The notes beneath the pieces were generated by a model. The model did not search any database. It was not told where the DNA came from and worked only from the letters and a program-made list of their open reading frames with translations. This document shows, one piece after another, positions 27,401-42,400 of a DNA stretch of 64,000 bases. How positions within the stretch are numbered: the stretch's first letter is position 1; each line of letters begins with the position of its first letter. The translations under genes were made by a program, and so were the position numbers. This stretch comes from Balanoglossus misakiensis (lineage: Eukaryota; Animalia; Hemichordata), in assembly GCA_040954595.2 (NCBI GenBank), contig CM082583.2, forward strand, positions 4,579,374 to 4,643,373. Reading direction: 5' to 3'.

Positions 27401-30400
27401 TCTCGAGATGTTTGATCACTTCAGTTTAGCTCCTACCACCCATCTGATATTTTGCTAGGATTATGTAATGTATCATAGTGTGGCATTACTGGTATTTCTG
27501 GCCTCCAGCTCTGGTCCAACTCTGCTGTGTGTGTAGCATTTTAGTTGCTAAGAGATGTCATCATGATGGTTACTGTCTGCACTTGCTGTTTATGCTAATG
27601 ATTATAACACAAGCAAGCACTCGCCTGCTTGTGACATCCATTTTGGCTCATGAATATCGAAGTCAAAGAGTACAGGTATAATTGATCACGTTTTGCTTAT
27701 GCCACAAACTCGGCTATCATAACAAGTATAGTGGCAGGACACTTAGTCTGTGTGTGTTAAACCCTAGACCCTGAAGCAAAACTTCCTAATGTCTTTCTTG
27801 TCTACAATTAACCAATTAACTTTTTGCCACACTCTTTTGAAAAAAGACAATTGTTATTCTCGAAAGAACTTTAGAACATTTTTTTTACCCTACATGTATT
27901 TTGGTGTGCGCTGTGCTATCTGTTTTACTGTATTGACACTTTCGCAACTGTTTCACGTATGTTACTTTCCCCAAATACTGGCCTGATTCAACTCTCAGAT
28001 CCTGTTTCTTAAAGATTTATGACTTTGGTATCAGCGTGATTTGTCATGCCTGGAAGACCCTCTTCCAGCACTCACATTTACATGATTTATGATCACGTAG
28101 ATGCACAACAGCATATTGTATCCTTGAATGGTCGTTCTGTTTGTGTCTACTTTAAACATCTGAGTGTTTGCCCTACAATGTAGTCGCTTAGTTTAAATGG
28201 TTGCCATGGAAGGGAAGACTTTCTTGCTCTCACTTATGTATTGGCTGTGTAGATATTCATTTTGCCTATTCTGTACTGAAATTTGTACTGGACTTGAAAA
28301 AAAAAACTTATTTTCTTGACCAAGCACCGGAGCTTTTGAGTAAAGCACTTCTATGTATACTGCCTGGTCTTGGGTCATCGTGTGAATTTCAGTGTTTATC
28401 TGACCTACATGTAGCTGTGATAAACACGTAAACAAGCTTGTCGGCCTTTAACTGACAGCATGACTATAACTTCGTTTAAGACCTGTACCAACTTTTCCTT
28501 CATATGAAACTTGAAATTAGAGCTAAGCTGTGGCGGATCAGTTTTCATAGAAACCGAGAGTGAGGTCATTCTTGTGGTTGCAGATAATCATGATGTCATC
28601 GGTGCATACGATGGAGAAAGCGCTTGTGGGGTGCCTGGAGGTGTGGCTGTCCAGGGCAGCATATCTCCTTTTTGTGTTTCTCATAACCACAGACTGACCC
28701 TGATTATTTTTTTTACTTTTTACTTCAGTGACTGAGGAAATGGTTTTGATTGGAAACAAACCTTGGTTTTTATGGCCAAACCGCAATGTCCATGGTTAGA
28801 TTTTTATTATGGGCATGTATTTCATGGGTCAAGTATTGCAAATGCCTTGTGCAGCCAATGCACAGAGGGGCCATGTACTTGATTGTACATGACTAAATTT
28901 TATGTATAAACCCTTGTATTCCTGTGCATTCAGTTCTATTTATGCAACAATGCTATTTAATTTACTGTTATTTTAAAGTTTAGCTCATCAATTTTTTTTT
29001 CCTTTTCTTCCAACAAACTAATTAATATAACTATGCAACTCAATTATGGTGAGAAATAAAGGAAGAAAACCATTGGTCTTGAGGTCATAAGGGTCATGAC
29101 GTACAGAACTCGTAATAGTATATGATATCATGTCAGCACGTGCTGGTTACCATGCACCTATGGGGGTTGATACACCTATACTATAACTCAGGTCTTGATT
29201 GATTTCTTGGTATGTCAATCTCCAACAAAGCTGTGCATATAAGAGTTAAGATTTATGAACAGATTTCTCTGTTGTGAAACATACATTCTAATACACTTAT
29301 GAATCGTTTGTCCAGTATGCTGGTCATCGTCTATGGTTCGCTTAGAATCGCACGACTTGCGTTTTATATTGCCATGATTTCAGGGATTTATAAAAGACCC
29401 AGACTCCATTCAACAACAAGGTGGCACCTGACCCTGTACACTTTGAGGTCAGCTGGGTCACATTCTTTCTCAGGACAACACAGAAAAAACGTTTTGTTCG
29501 TTGTGTATTTAGCATATTTGTCAAGCTTTGCATTATGTGTGATATATGTCCCTTGAAGTGTTTGTTGGCCACCGTTCTTTTGACTTGGTTTTAAATTCGG
29601 TCATGTTTAAAAATAGAACTGGATAAGAAAGGAGAAGACTCTATTTCTGTTCTGATATTTTGAAATTCTTTTGTCGTGATTTGCAAGGATTGATGCAGAA
29701 TTGATCACAAATGTGAGGAGTGTAGTGTTACTGTGCATTGTTACAAAAGTAACAATGTGGCAAAGTTCAGTTTGACCACAGATAGCTTCGTAATTACGGT
29801 ACTGTCTTATGGTTTGACTACAGCCCAATTTCATTCAATTTTGGTAAATGGACAATTTACTGTGATGTACGTGCACATGCATGTTTAGAACTAGTTTTCC
29901 ATCACATAAAGATTGTGTTTTTTGCCCTCGGGGCGGTGATTAACCCTTGGCACAGACGTTTTGTCCAGTGTATACTGTGTTTAGGCAAATTGGTGGTGGA
30001 AGTCTGGGGTCTGTGTTTTTCTCTCGGTGACCATAGATATTCAAGAACACGAGTATCATGAATTATTTGCTTAACAAGAGTACAAGTAATCAGCCTTTCA
30101 CCCCTATTTTCCTGTATAGAGGTCCAGTATTGCTAGTGAAAGCAATGGAGTTGGACCAAACCATGTTGGTGAAAGGGTTAAAGGTATACAGTCACCTCAA
30201 ATTTACATACGCCCATATATGGCTGAAATGGAGTGTTTGAGCGTTCTAGAGAACATATGGTGGCGCTCTTTTGTTCGCGTGTGCCACCCACTGAAAATCC
30301 GTGATTGGTTAGATCTCAATTTGCCATGGTAACAATAGCTAATTTTCCATAGGTGACCGTATACCTTTAAAAGTTAAAGTTTGTAATTAAAAATAATGTA

Positions 30401-33400
30401 TGTGGCTTCTCATTCAACAAATAGTTTTACTTTCTTTTTAAAGCTTTTTGATAACACCTCTGTTGTCTTCTACCTCCAGAAATTGGCAACCCCAGAGGAA
30501 ATGAAAATCCTTTCCTCCTGTCATTCGGCATCCTGTGGTTCCGATGGCATAATTACAAGGCCAAGGAGATAGAGGAAGCCCACTCAGATTGGTCAGATGA
30601 AAAGATCTTCAACGAAGCCCGTAAATGGGTCATAGCAGCGCATCAGGTGAGTGCAGTGTCATTGGAGGATAGTAGATTGAATTGATTAGAGTTGCTTGTA
30701 TTTGTGTTAGCATGGTTCTAATTTGTATAATTTTTCCCTCAGAAAATTGTTTTCTATGACTGGTTGCCGATTTTCTTGGGTTTAGACCAATCACAGTTTG
30801 ATGGCTACAGGGCATCCTATAGTAAGTATGAACCTGACTTGACGTTTTTGTTGCTGTCCCAGTTGTGTATTTCGAGATCTGTACGGTTTGGCTCAGAATG
30901 GACTATTCTCCTCACCTACACAGTTTATCAAAAAATACATCTTGGAATACAAGCAAAATGGGGAAAAAGTGCACAATTCAATCAAAGTGATCATTAATTA
31001 CAGTTAACTAACGATGGTGATGCAACTTTATACCTCCACCTCTCTTTTTTCAAAGTCACATTTCTCAACAAAGACAACATGCTTTTCAAGAGAATGCACA
31101 GCCATAAAATGCAAAACAGTGTCTTTTCTTGGCAGGGCCTGGATGACTTTCGAACCAATAATGCATGTTTCTAGCGGTGAAACTGAGCGAAAACAACGAA
31201 AGAATTGCCGTCACGCATTTCTGCAATATAATCTGATCTTTTTATTGTTTGTTTTTTTCCATTCAGAATACGACAGTTCGGTACATCCAGGTATCAGTCA
31301 TGTGTTTCAGTCAGCTGCCATGAGAATCGGTCACACTCTAGTTCCTCCCGGTGTATTCAGAAGGTATGCTTTCCCAAATGCGTGAAATACTTTTCTGAGG
31401 TATTCACAAAGTACGGCCATGCATGACAAGACAAGATGTACGCATGACCAGTGTGTCATGGATGCTTGAAACCCAAGTTCATGCAAGCAGTAAATTTTCT
31501 AGATGCTCAGTTTACACTATTTTATGCTGCTGTTATAACAAAAGAATGATCTGTTGTATTGCTCAAGGTATTAAATCTGTATTACCCCCCCCCCCCCCCC
31601 CTTATGACTGGTTGCATTGAGTGATAGGGACATAATAAAACCCTAAAGCGATATTTAATATAGTATATGTCACGATTTTGATATGCAGTTGTATGGTGAC
31701 TGTACTGTAGGTGTTATATGCCAGTTATTTAGGTAACAGCCAGTCACAAATCAATATGCCTGTCTGATCTGGGCATATAAAGATCATAAATACCACAGAA
31801 ACATATTTTTTTCTGCAGATAATTTGTTCATGGCTGTTTTCTTGTCTTGCTTGCTTGTTACATAACATATAGCCACACTATGGTATGCACGCTCAAATTT
31901 ACATGTTAAAAGCAATATAACAAGCAGACCACAGACACGACTGCAACTTTTGGTTTGAAACTAAAATGTATGAATGATCCACTATACGTTACAGTCACCA
32001 AGGCCTTTATAACTAAACTATACACAAAGCTGCCTACTGGCTGATGATAGCATTTTCGAAGAAACCACTCATTATGTAGAAAAATTCTGAAGACCAGTGT
32101 GCCAGGCTTTATAGGTCAAGGTCTGATTTGAAGAGCTTCACCCCTTCCCCAAATTTGAAACATTTGAATAATTCCTTGTTTGCATTATTTTTAGGAACGC
32201 AAATTGCACTTTCAGACAGACTACCATGAAGTCCAACAACGTACCAGATTTCACTGGCGAGAATGATGATCAAACCCCCATCCATGGTGTTCGAACGTGT
32301 AATTCCTTCTGGAACCCACAGGTAAATTAGTCTGCGGAATTTGTAATGGCTTATTTCATGACATCAGTAGCTTTATTTACATCCAAACTTGCAAACAAGT
32401 TCACATCGTAGGTGCTGTTACTCCTTGGTGAATCGTTTTATCATGTTTACAAGTACGTGTATTTTGTCAATTTATTGGGGGGGGGATAGGGCTTGTTAGC
32501 TGCTATTTTACTGGTGTAAAAAAGTTTATGAAAGAGCAATTAAAATGGTCACATGACCAACATCTGAGTAGTTAACAAACTTCGAGAGTTTCAGATGTAT
32601 CAGACTTATCTCATAAATTTTAGCAGCTTTGCCTGATAATACATTATTTTTAAGTACCGTAATCGAGAATTGAGAAGAAGAAAAAAGACCTCTTAACAAA
32701 AATATTAAGAGCTGCGTCAGCATTTGGTTGTTGGCTTCACTTTCAGTTCTCGATTAATTAAATGTGAACGACTCTACATTAATGAAGTTTAAATGTTTTA
32801 TTTCTTCCAGACGCCAATCTTGGAAAGTGATATTGAGGAGTTCCTGATGGGTATGGCATCGCAAATCTGTGAACGGGAAGACAATATCATTACGGAAGAT
32901 CTCCGGGGTAAGTGAGAGTGGGAAGTGGTTATTTCTGCTGAACATAAAAAACACTTTGGTTGCGGCCGCAGTCCAGCTATAAGTTTCACTTCACATCTTG
33001 TGGTCATTGAATTCTGTATGCTGGTGTCAGTTATATTGACATATACTGGTAGCTCTGAATCATTAAATTGATCCTGGGCAGAATTTTTCAAACAGTGATC
33101 ACCCCAAAAGATGTCTTTTATTTGACACAACTTTATTTTTTTTACAACTTATACCTCATAATATGAAAATCAAGATGAACAAAAAAATTGTTCACCAAGT
33201 TATTGCTGCCAACTCTGAATTTCAAAATGGCTGCCATGATGGCTCTCAGACACCCAAGGGGAAAATTTAATCGAAAGAAACTTGAAAAGAGATGGTTGAT
33301 GTCGCTCTTTTTTTCATTGAAGGCAATGTGTTTGGACCGCTGGAATTTTCTCGACGTGATCTGATGGCTATCAACATTCAACGGGGCCGAGACCATGGAC

Positions 33401-36400
33401 TGCCAGATTACAACACGGCCAGGGTGGAGTTTGGCTTAGAAAAGGTCAACGACTTCAGTGAAATAAATCCAACCTTGGCAGACGATGTAAGTGACATGAA
33501 TCTTTTCCTCAAAAATTTCAGTGGAGTTTGTTGCAGAATATAGAAAATGTGGCCCAAAATATGTGATTGATTGAGACGTGTGCCAGTCAGTCAGTGTCTG
33601 AACATAAAAATAGTGGAGGCTGAATAATGTGTATAATAATACTATAGCAGTAACATCAAGTAGTTTGCCCTTTTTTAGCTTTCCTTGAAATGTCTGTTCA
33701 GAAGCAACCACCAACTCTTAGCATTTAATTACTTGAAAGTGTGTGACTTTGTCTTTTGAGACAGCCTAAACATGAAGGAAATCTGACACCTAGGACTTGG
33801 GTAGGCAAGTCAGCATCATGGGGGATACAGACTAAAACAAAAGCAGGAGCACAAGTTTGATATGGGGGCGCTGTCATGCGGGTTGTGCGTTGTGTTCATT
33901 GAGTGAGGTTTTCCGAATGTTTTGTTTTCTGAATTTCTGCCTGTTGCAGATAAACTCAAAGCAATGATAGTCGCTTTGGAATCTTTGCAGTGAGCTGTAT
34001 GGTATTTGTAAATGCTGAACCATTATTTTTAAAGCGAAAAAGAAAATGGTGTTTCTTAATAAACATATAAAAAAGACATATTTTATATGGGCACAAGAAT
34101 TACAAAATGTAGATAGGAGGTAATGCTTTGTCTGATAGCATTTGCTTATAACAAAATAATAGCACCAAAATCACCCTCTTTTGAAGTCACAACCCATATA
34201 TATATTCAGTATTTCTCTTCACTGCAGGTTGTCCTCCAGTCAAGTAATCTGGTTTCATATTGGTCTCCCTTTGGCATATTATGCGTAAACCAGATTGATA
34301 ATCGGCCATTTGTGTATACATTTGTGTGTCTTGCAGGTTGTTGAGAGACTACGACAAGTCCACGACAATGATATGAGCAAGTTGGACATTTGGACCGGTG
34401 GATTGATGGAAACCAGTGGGAGTGGTCCGGGACCGTTATTCCAGACGATCATCTTGGACCAGTTTTTACGCATCCGTAATGGCGACCGATTCTGGTTTGA
34501 AAATTACAAAAAGAACAGGTAAGTCACTTTTTTCCCTTTCGAAAGATATCATAGTCGAGCATTTTCAGATACTTTTGCTGTTGCTTGTGGAAGGTGCAAG
34601 TCAGTAAGTCGTCGTTTGAAATTTGATGTTTCCGTAGGATCGATAGGAATAACGTGCTGACTTGTAATCGCTAATTGTTGGGCCTAAACGTGGATTTCTG
34701 TGTGGTTATTTTTATTACTGTTCAGTGTAAATTCTTTCGGTTTAAATCTATCGCATTATTTTTGATAGATATGAGCTTGAAAATCAACTTTTGGATCCAA
34801 AATATGATACATGTAATTACATTTGTCACAAATCGTTGATAGAACCATAGAAACAGTAAGTTTTGAAGGCTCACTGTGCCTGCATGCAGTTGACAGTTGC
34901 GTCTTGCTTGATGTTTCACAGACTTTTCAACAAAACCGAATTTGAGGAGATCATGGATACAACCATATACGATATCATAATCAAGACGTCGAGTGGGCCG
35001 ATGTCGATACAGGAAAACCCATTCCTGTATGAAACTGGTAAGAAAGTCAGGGTAATCATACACATCTGCTTCGTCAATGCTCACCATTGGCATTGTCAAA
35101 GGCTGTGAAATAATTGGCCAAAGTTCATGCTAGGCTATGCAAAGGCTTTTCTGATCATCTCACCTGGCAAACCCATGCTAAATCTCACAACCCCTTCAGA
35201 TGACTGTGTCTCAGTTTAAAGGGACAAAGTTTTTCTCTCGCTGCCCATTAATTATGCTTGATACAGGACACCATTTATGTTTATGTACCGTAATGTAATG
35301 GACACCTGGAGCATATTTACAGCAAAATAAGACATACACAGTACATACGATTGTCAAAGTTTAGTGTTTTTGATACCAAACGATGTGATGGCATTAGCAG
35401 GCAGACATGAATACGAGGTGTAGAATGGTGTAATTTTTGAAGTAAAAAAACATATTTTGACCAACTTTATTCGACAGGTGATGTCTGTCCACAGCCGTAT
35501 CAGCTGAGTCAAACCAACATGGAGCCGTGTACTGAGAGGCAGACGTTCGACTACTTCACTGGAAGTGAAGCCTCCTTCGCGTTGACCTTCTTCTTCGCTG
35601 GACTGTTCGCCGTTGGTAAGCGAGACCTGCACTTGAGAGGTTTTTTTAGATTTGTAAATCTATCTCATGTTTTGACGTATTTCTGCAAAAAGTTGTTTTG
35701 ACAAGAGAGAAGAAATGAAATGAGCGACTGTTAATGATGTACATGTAGTCGATGGTGCTTCTGACGGAAATAAACACACTTGGCTGTTTTCCTCTGTCGG
35801 TTTAGTCAACGTCCAAATAATGCATGTGTGTGGTTGGATACTTTGGGAAGTGGCTGGCTTGTGTAGAGACAAAACACAGAGTTTTCGCCAGTTCCTACAT
35901 TGGGGGTATAATGTCTACTTTTTATGTGCTCCATACTTGTGGTATGTGTTGCCAAACTACAAATAATGAGTAAATTTAAAGGTATACGGTCACCTATGCA
36001 AATATAAAAAGCTCTACAGTTACCATGGCAAATTGAGATCTAGCCAATCACAGATTTACAGTGGGTGGCACGTGCAAAAAAAAATATGCCATTTCTGACA
36101 TTCCGGTATATGGGCGCATGTAAATTGGAGGTGTGGTCTACTCAAAAGTTAGAATATTGTCATTTTCCTGATTATATTGTTTATTAATGAATGTTAAAAA
36201 CAAACATAGAGAGAAAAACAGGGTGTTGCCATGCTAATTATTGCAGTTTGGGGGTCTAAAATATTGTGGAAAATGCTGAGTCAGCACTTTTCTTGCACTC
36301 CTAATGCTAGAGTTTTCCTATGGTGACAATATCTAGAGAGCTCTATCAAAAAATCAAGCATGGCGACTTAGTGTTTTCTTTACATCGTTTAATAATACTC

Positions 36401-39400
36401 CTCTTTTGGTAGCCTTTGTGAAAATTTCATGAAAATGACCGAATGGTAAGACTGTTTTCTCCAAATTCTACATGTAAGGCTATGGAATGTGCCACCACGC
36501 ACTGCATCTGGGTTGTCATCCACCTTTAGGTGAAAGATAACATTCGGGACCGCTTTCAAATCTGCCCCCTTTTTTCTTCAGGCTGTGTAGTGTTACTGTT
36601 GGTGTTGGCACAATGGAAGGAGAAGTCTATGAAAAAGCTGAGATCTGGGGATCGTCGCAAATCGCAGAAGAAGCACGACGACCAAAACGTGTTCATAGGT
36701 AGGAGTGTGTTTTTCATGTTCCTGAAGGTTGTGTTAGTCGTCGTTGACCGTGGTCTCTCTGGGGACAGCAGGACCTTGAGGTTATTGCTGAAGTTCAAGA
36801 GACCGAAACATTTCATGAAGATGAAATCAGTCTCACTTTTTAGTGAGACTAAAGAGTACAAGTTCAAAAACAGGAAAACTACCACATGGATAGTCGTGTA
36901 GACTAGAAGTAATTTATTTGGGATCAAGTATAACCCAGCAACCAGAGATACGTGTGATACAAAACAATTACTGTAAAACACTTAATTTTCGCGAGCAATA
37001 AATTTTTGCAAAATACGCGAGAGCCAAAATAGCGTGAAAATAAAAAGTCGCGTACATTTTTTTTGAAGATAACGATGCAGTGAATGAAATAAGAGAACAC
37101 GAAAATTAATACTCGCGAAACAGTGGCCTCTCTTGATATCTCGAAAATTTTAACTCGTGAAAATAAAGTGTTTTACAGTATATCAGAATAACAACCATAA
37201 GATTATTTTGTGCAAAAGAACACTCGCAGAATGTGAATTTACAGAACAGCTTGGAGAAGTACATGACATGTTCATGTGTACACTAGTAACTCTGTGTTTT
37301 ATTTATTTTCAGCCTCTGAGTGGCGTGGAAAGGAAGGGAACCGAAATGTCAAAGTGAAGCTGGGTCCCGGCCGACAGATCACCGTCCAATCAGAGAGAGG
37401 CAGGGCACTGCGAATCATTGAATTCACAAAATTGGTGAAGACAATCGAATTGCACGTGGCGGCAGACAAAGGCATGAAAATGTTGCTGATCAGGGTGGAG
37501 AAAGAGTATGACTTGGTAGGTTGGGAGTATTTGAGTAACCTGGAATTGACTTTCTCTATGTACTGTAACCGTAGGATATTCTGCAGCCAATAGTTATGAC
37601 TTCTATAGCCAATAATGAAATGTTAGGCTGCATGTAAATCTCTTCTGTTTTTTTTTTTTAAACACTGTAAAATGTTTTTTTTTTTGGCGAGCAATAGGTT
37701 ATAGAATAAAAAGTTTCGTAAAAAAATTGTTTTCGTAGAAGCAGTAAGTGAAATACGAGAATGCTAAAATTAATCCTCGCGTAACTGTTGCCTCTTGTGA
37801 TATCACGAAAATTTCCTGTTGCGAAAATAGCCTGTTTTACAGTACTTACAAAGTGCATGACTTTGAAAACCTGAACTGAGTCAACTATCAGAAATATTAA
37901 AGAACTGTAGGTATTTGGATTGATCTGGGCACAAATGAGATTTTTTCTTCGAATCTCTGCTCTCTGTAGGTTCTGAAGTTTGATTCGCAAGTTCATCGAG
38001 ACAACTTCATCAAGGCGTGTCAGGACTTCCTGGGCGGGGATGAGGTGGGCGTCGGAAGCAAGCGCTTGGAGATCAAGCAGGATCAGATGCTGAAGCAGGC
38101 GGTCACCAAAGCTCACCGTCAGCTTGTGTTGGAGAGGTTCTTCAGGGTGGCTTTTGCTCAGGTGTGTTGCCGTTCACGGGGGTCTGTGGGTCCAGTGTGA
38201 ATTTCAAATAAAGTCTGTGTTAAAGAATTGCGAATGTAAAACTCTGTTGACTGCAAGAGTTTCTTATTTTCTCGGATAGACTTTTGATTTGACCAATTAC
38301 TGGTGCTGACTTACAGTGTAGTTAGTATGTTTATTCATGTGACAGGATTAGCAAGATATGTATACCGTTGATAATGGAGGCTTGAGCAAGCACAGAGTTT
38401 CACTTTTGCGTGACCATGCAAAAACAAAATGCCAGCACTTTTAGTTTTAGTCATGAGAACACTAAAAGAAACACAGGCCTTCTAACTGTAAAAGTGCAAT
38501 GTGTAAATATGAGTTCCATGATTGCACACAGCAATGAAACCTGTCTAAACTGGACGTCAACGGGACAGGGACAGTTAAGAAAACCACTTTACAGAGGTGA
38601 TTGTTAGACTTGCTCAAACTCCAAAGCAAGCAAATTTACACACGAAAAGTATTGAGAATATCTATAAAGACGAAAAATCACCAAACGACTAGTGGGCTAG
38701 TCTAGTGATTCGTATACACTTGATCAAATCCAACACCTAAAAGATTTCAATGTCATCACACAGGCATTCAACATCGAGACGGTGCGAGAGGACATCACCA
38801 GCCAAGTGAACAGCAATGAAGCCAAGGAGATCCTCACCTGCGAGCTGACCAAAGTGGAGTTCGCCGAGGCCCTCTCTCTCAAACCCAACTCTGTCTTTGT
38901 GGACAAGATGTTTGACTTGATCGACAAGGACAAGAATGGATACGTCTCATTCCGTGAATTCCTGGATATGCTCGTCATCTTCTCCAAAGGTAAGTCGCCT
39001 GGTCGATGTTAGTTCCTCTACGAAGATAATAAAGTTTTTTTCTGAATCTGAACCCTTTGATCACCGTGGTTTGGTACAAATCCATTGCTTTCCATTGAAG
39101 GGAAAGAGAGGGGGGGGGGTGCTTGTTAGGTTTAAAGGGACATCAGCCTGTTTTTTAAATATTTTTGTTCTATGTATTAAGTGCTATCTCTTGCTCTTAA
39201 CCCTTACAACATGCTACGTACGTACTGTACCCAGTAAGCAGTACATCCCCGTAACTAAGTGACTCATGGTTGTTGTCAACAGGTACCGCAGAGACCAGAC
39301 TACGACTTTTCTTTGACATGTACAACTTGGACCAGAGCGGCATGATGTCCCGAGAGGACTTCAAGAAAATGATCAAGTGAGCCTAAATTCTTAACACCAA

Positions 39401-42400
39401 TGTCAAACTTTTGAAGGTGTCGGTCACTGTTTTCCATGTCAACATTTTAAACAAACATACACACAGTTAAGTTCTTGTCAGCTGACTGTTGCACTTCCGG
39501 TCGGATTCATTTGTGGCCAAATGAAGAGATAAAATTTTGGAAAATATGTGAGCGATCACCCAGAGAAGTTTGTAAATAGATCTGGTAATTTCTTTGCCCG
39601 ATTATTATGACAGACTGACCAAAGCATACAGGCTGAGGAATGGAACAGTTAAAAGTTGTCTTTTTTTACTGAAAGTGAGTTATACATTATACCCAACATA
39701 AAAGAAAACAAAATTTAAATAATTCTTGAAGCACATATTTCTTGCCATGTAACAAAGATGCTCTTTTTCAGTGGTGCATATACCAGATTAGAGAACTTGC
39801 ACAAGTGCTGGATCGTTTACAAAACATACACACTTCTGTCTAAACCACTGTCCGTTTATGCGTTCGTTTTTCAGGTCCTTCCTCGATATCGTAAGCGCAT
39901 CTGTCGAGACGGAGAAACTGGATGAGTTGGTGGACAGCATGTTTGCCCAGGCGGGTTATCAACAGAAGGACCAGCTGACGTTCGAAGACTTTGACAGGAT
40001 CATGTCGAAGACGGGTCACAAGGAAGAGCTGGCAGCTGCACAGTTGGCCTTCACAGGTACATGTTGCTAGTTTACGTACTAAGGGACTGGTCAGTTTCTT
40101 CTGTCGGGGAGGGGGGGGGATTCTTGGGGGAGGTCAACCTGTTTTGGAATTGGTTGATGGGGGTTACCGGGGTGGGTGGGTGTCACCCACTTTTTGATAT
40201 CCACAAAATAGAATTCTCGTATGCTGTACAAGATCTAGATAAACATGCAAGAGCAGAGATTTTACTTTCTTCATTTCTTGTAATCTGATTGACCTCGATT
40301 TTTATCCTTTGACCAAGAAATGAATCCATGTGTGATTATAAAACTCATTAATTTAAACTGTTCTAAGAATGACCAAAAACCATGTAATTTTACCCTTTTT
40401 TTTCTATATTTTGCAGGTGCTGGGACTCTACCCGCACAGGCACAAAAACAAACTGCTGTCGACAGAGGTGCCACGGTCATCAAGAGGGAAAATGCACCAA
40501 CAAGGGCAAGGAAGACTCTCATTCGTGCCTACAGGTAAAATTAAGTAAATCAGCTATTTGTACATGTGGCATCTAGTTGTCTTTGAACATTATGTTTGTC
40601 AAGAGAAAAAGTGCAAAAAACAACAACAATTTCAATGACGCTTGGAAGTCTTATATCCTCACCTCCAGGTAAATAACATTACATGTTATTAGTGGTTCAA
40701 CGTGTTTCAGTGACTAGAATAGTGAAACCTTCACCCCTTGAACTCTGACCCCAAAAGGGCTGAGACAAAACAAAAATTAATCCGAAAATATCCAAAGGAA
40801 GCAATGTTATCCATTATTTTATAATCTGAAATAAAGATGAAATAAATAAATAAATAAATAAATTATATGCTATACATACTGTGGCAGTTTCAGAAATGAT
40901 GTCACTGCAGGGTCATTGTATAACGTGTATGGTACTTGTACTGTTAGAACTACATTTGTGTCGGTTTTCTGCGTAACACACAGTCATCCGAACGACGACG
41001 ACGTTGACACCAAACCCAAGAGAGGTAAATCTGTCCGTGTTGAGACCAAGAAGCAGGAGACGACCACAAATCCCTACCTGAAGAAATTCAACGCGGTCAA
41101 ACGCTACATCGAAAACTACAGGATGCACATCTTCTGGGTGACTCTCTACATGCTGGTCCTCTGTTCCATCTTTGCCGAAAGAGCCTACTGTGAGTGTTAT
41201 TTCATTAGGTGATCTAAAAAAAATGTATGTTCTGCACTGGACAGTTTACAATTTATAACAGATTAGGCGTTAATGTGATTAAAACTAAGAACAGATTCAA
41301 TGAATTACACTATTTTTATTTCACCAAGCAAGCAAACAATACCCACATCCGTATGAACCAGTTGTAGAATTTTGCAAACATATCACATGACCAGCTTTCA
41401 GCCAATCATAACATATGTTACATTTATGTTTGTGTGGGCTAGCTAGTATACATGTACGTGTGCATTTTACCACAGGCAGTAGGATTTTACACACCATGGG
41501 TTACTTTCTTTACTTTCTTGATGAATTTATTTCAGAGTAGTTCTGTGCTCTTCTCTTCCATATCCTGACTAAATATCGTTGTATTTTCTGACTCTGTGAT
41601 GCAGATTTTTCTGTGGAGCGTGAACATGCGGGCTTGCGTCGCATCGCCGGCTACGGCGTGACCGTGACCCGGGGCGCAGCCAGTGCCATGATGTTCACCT
41701 TCTCCTCCTTGTTGGTGACCATGTGTCGAAACCTGATCACCTTCCTGCGAGAGACCGTCCTGAATCGCTACATCCCGTTCGACTCGGCCATCACCTTCCA
41801 CAAAATCATCGCCATGGCAGCCCTCTTTTTCACGTGTAAGGATGAGTTCAGTGTTTGCGTCTCTCCGTGATGTACTGTAAAACGGGTTATTTTTTCGCGA
41901 GCAGCAAATTTTTGCGAAATATGTTAGAGCCAAAAAATGTGAAAATAAAAACTCGCGTAAAATGTTTTTTTGGAGATAACGATGCAGTTAATATACAAAC
42001 GTGAAAATTAACCCTTGTGTAAAAGTTGCCTCTTTTGATATCGCGAAAATTTCAAGTCGCAAAAATAACCCGTTTTACAGTACCAGTATATGCAGTGAAA
42101 CAAGTGCTTGTGGTGTTGAGTATTTTGCCAATCATACCACAAGATATCGATCAAGAATCCAACGATAAGTATAAAATTGTTCGTTGTCATGGAAACAAAA
42201 CTCTTGTCTCCATTCGCCTTATAATTCCGATTTGCATCTTTTTATTTTCTGCAGTGGTACACTGTATCGGTCATTCCATAAATTTCTACCACATATCCAC
42301 GCAGACAGCCAATGATTTGACCTGCCTCTTCCGGGAATTCAAACACAGGTGAGTCGGAGCTTGTCCATGCAGGACTGATCGGTGTGCAATCTGAGGAATA

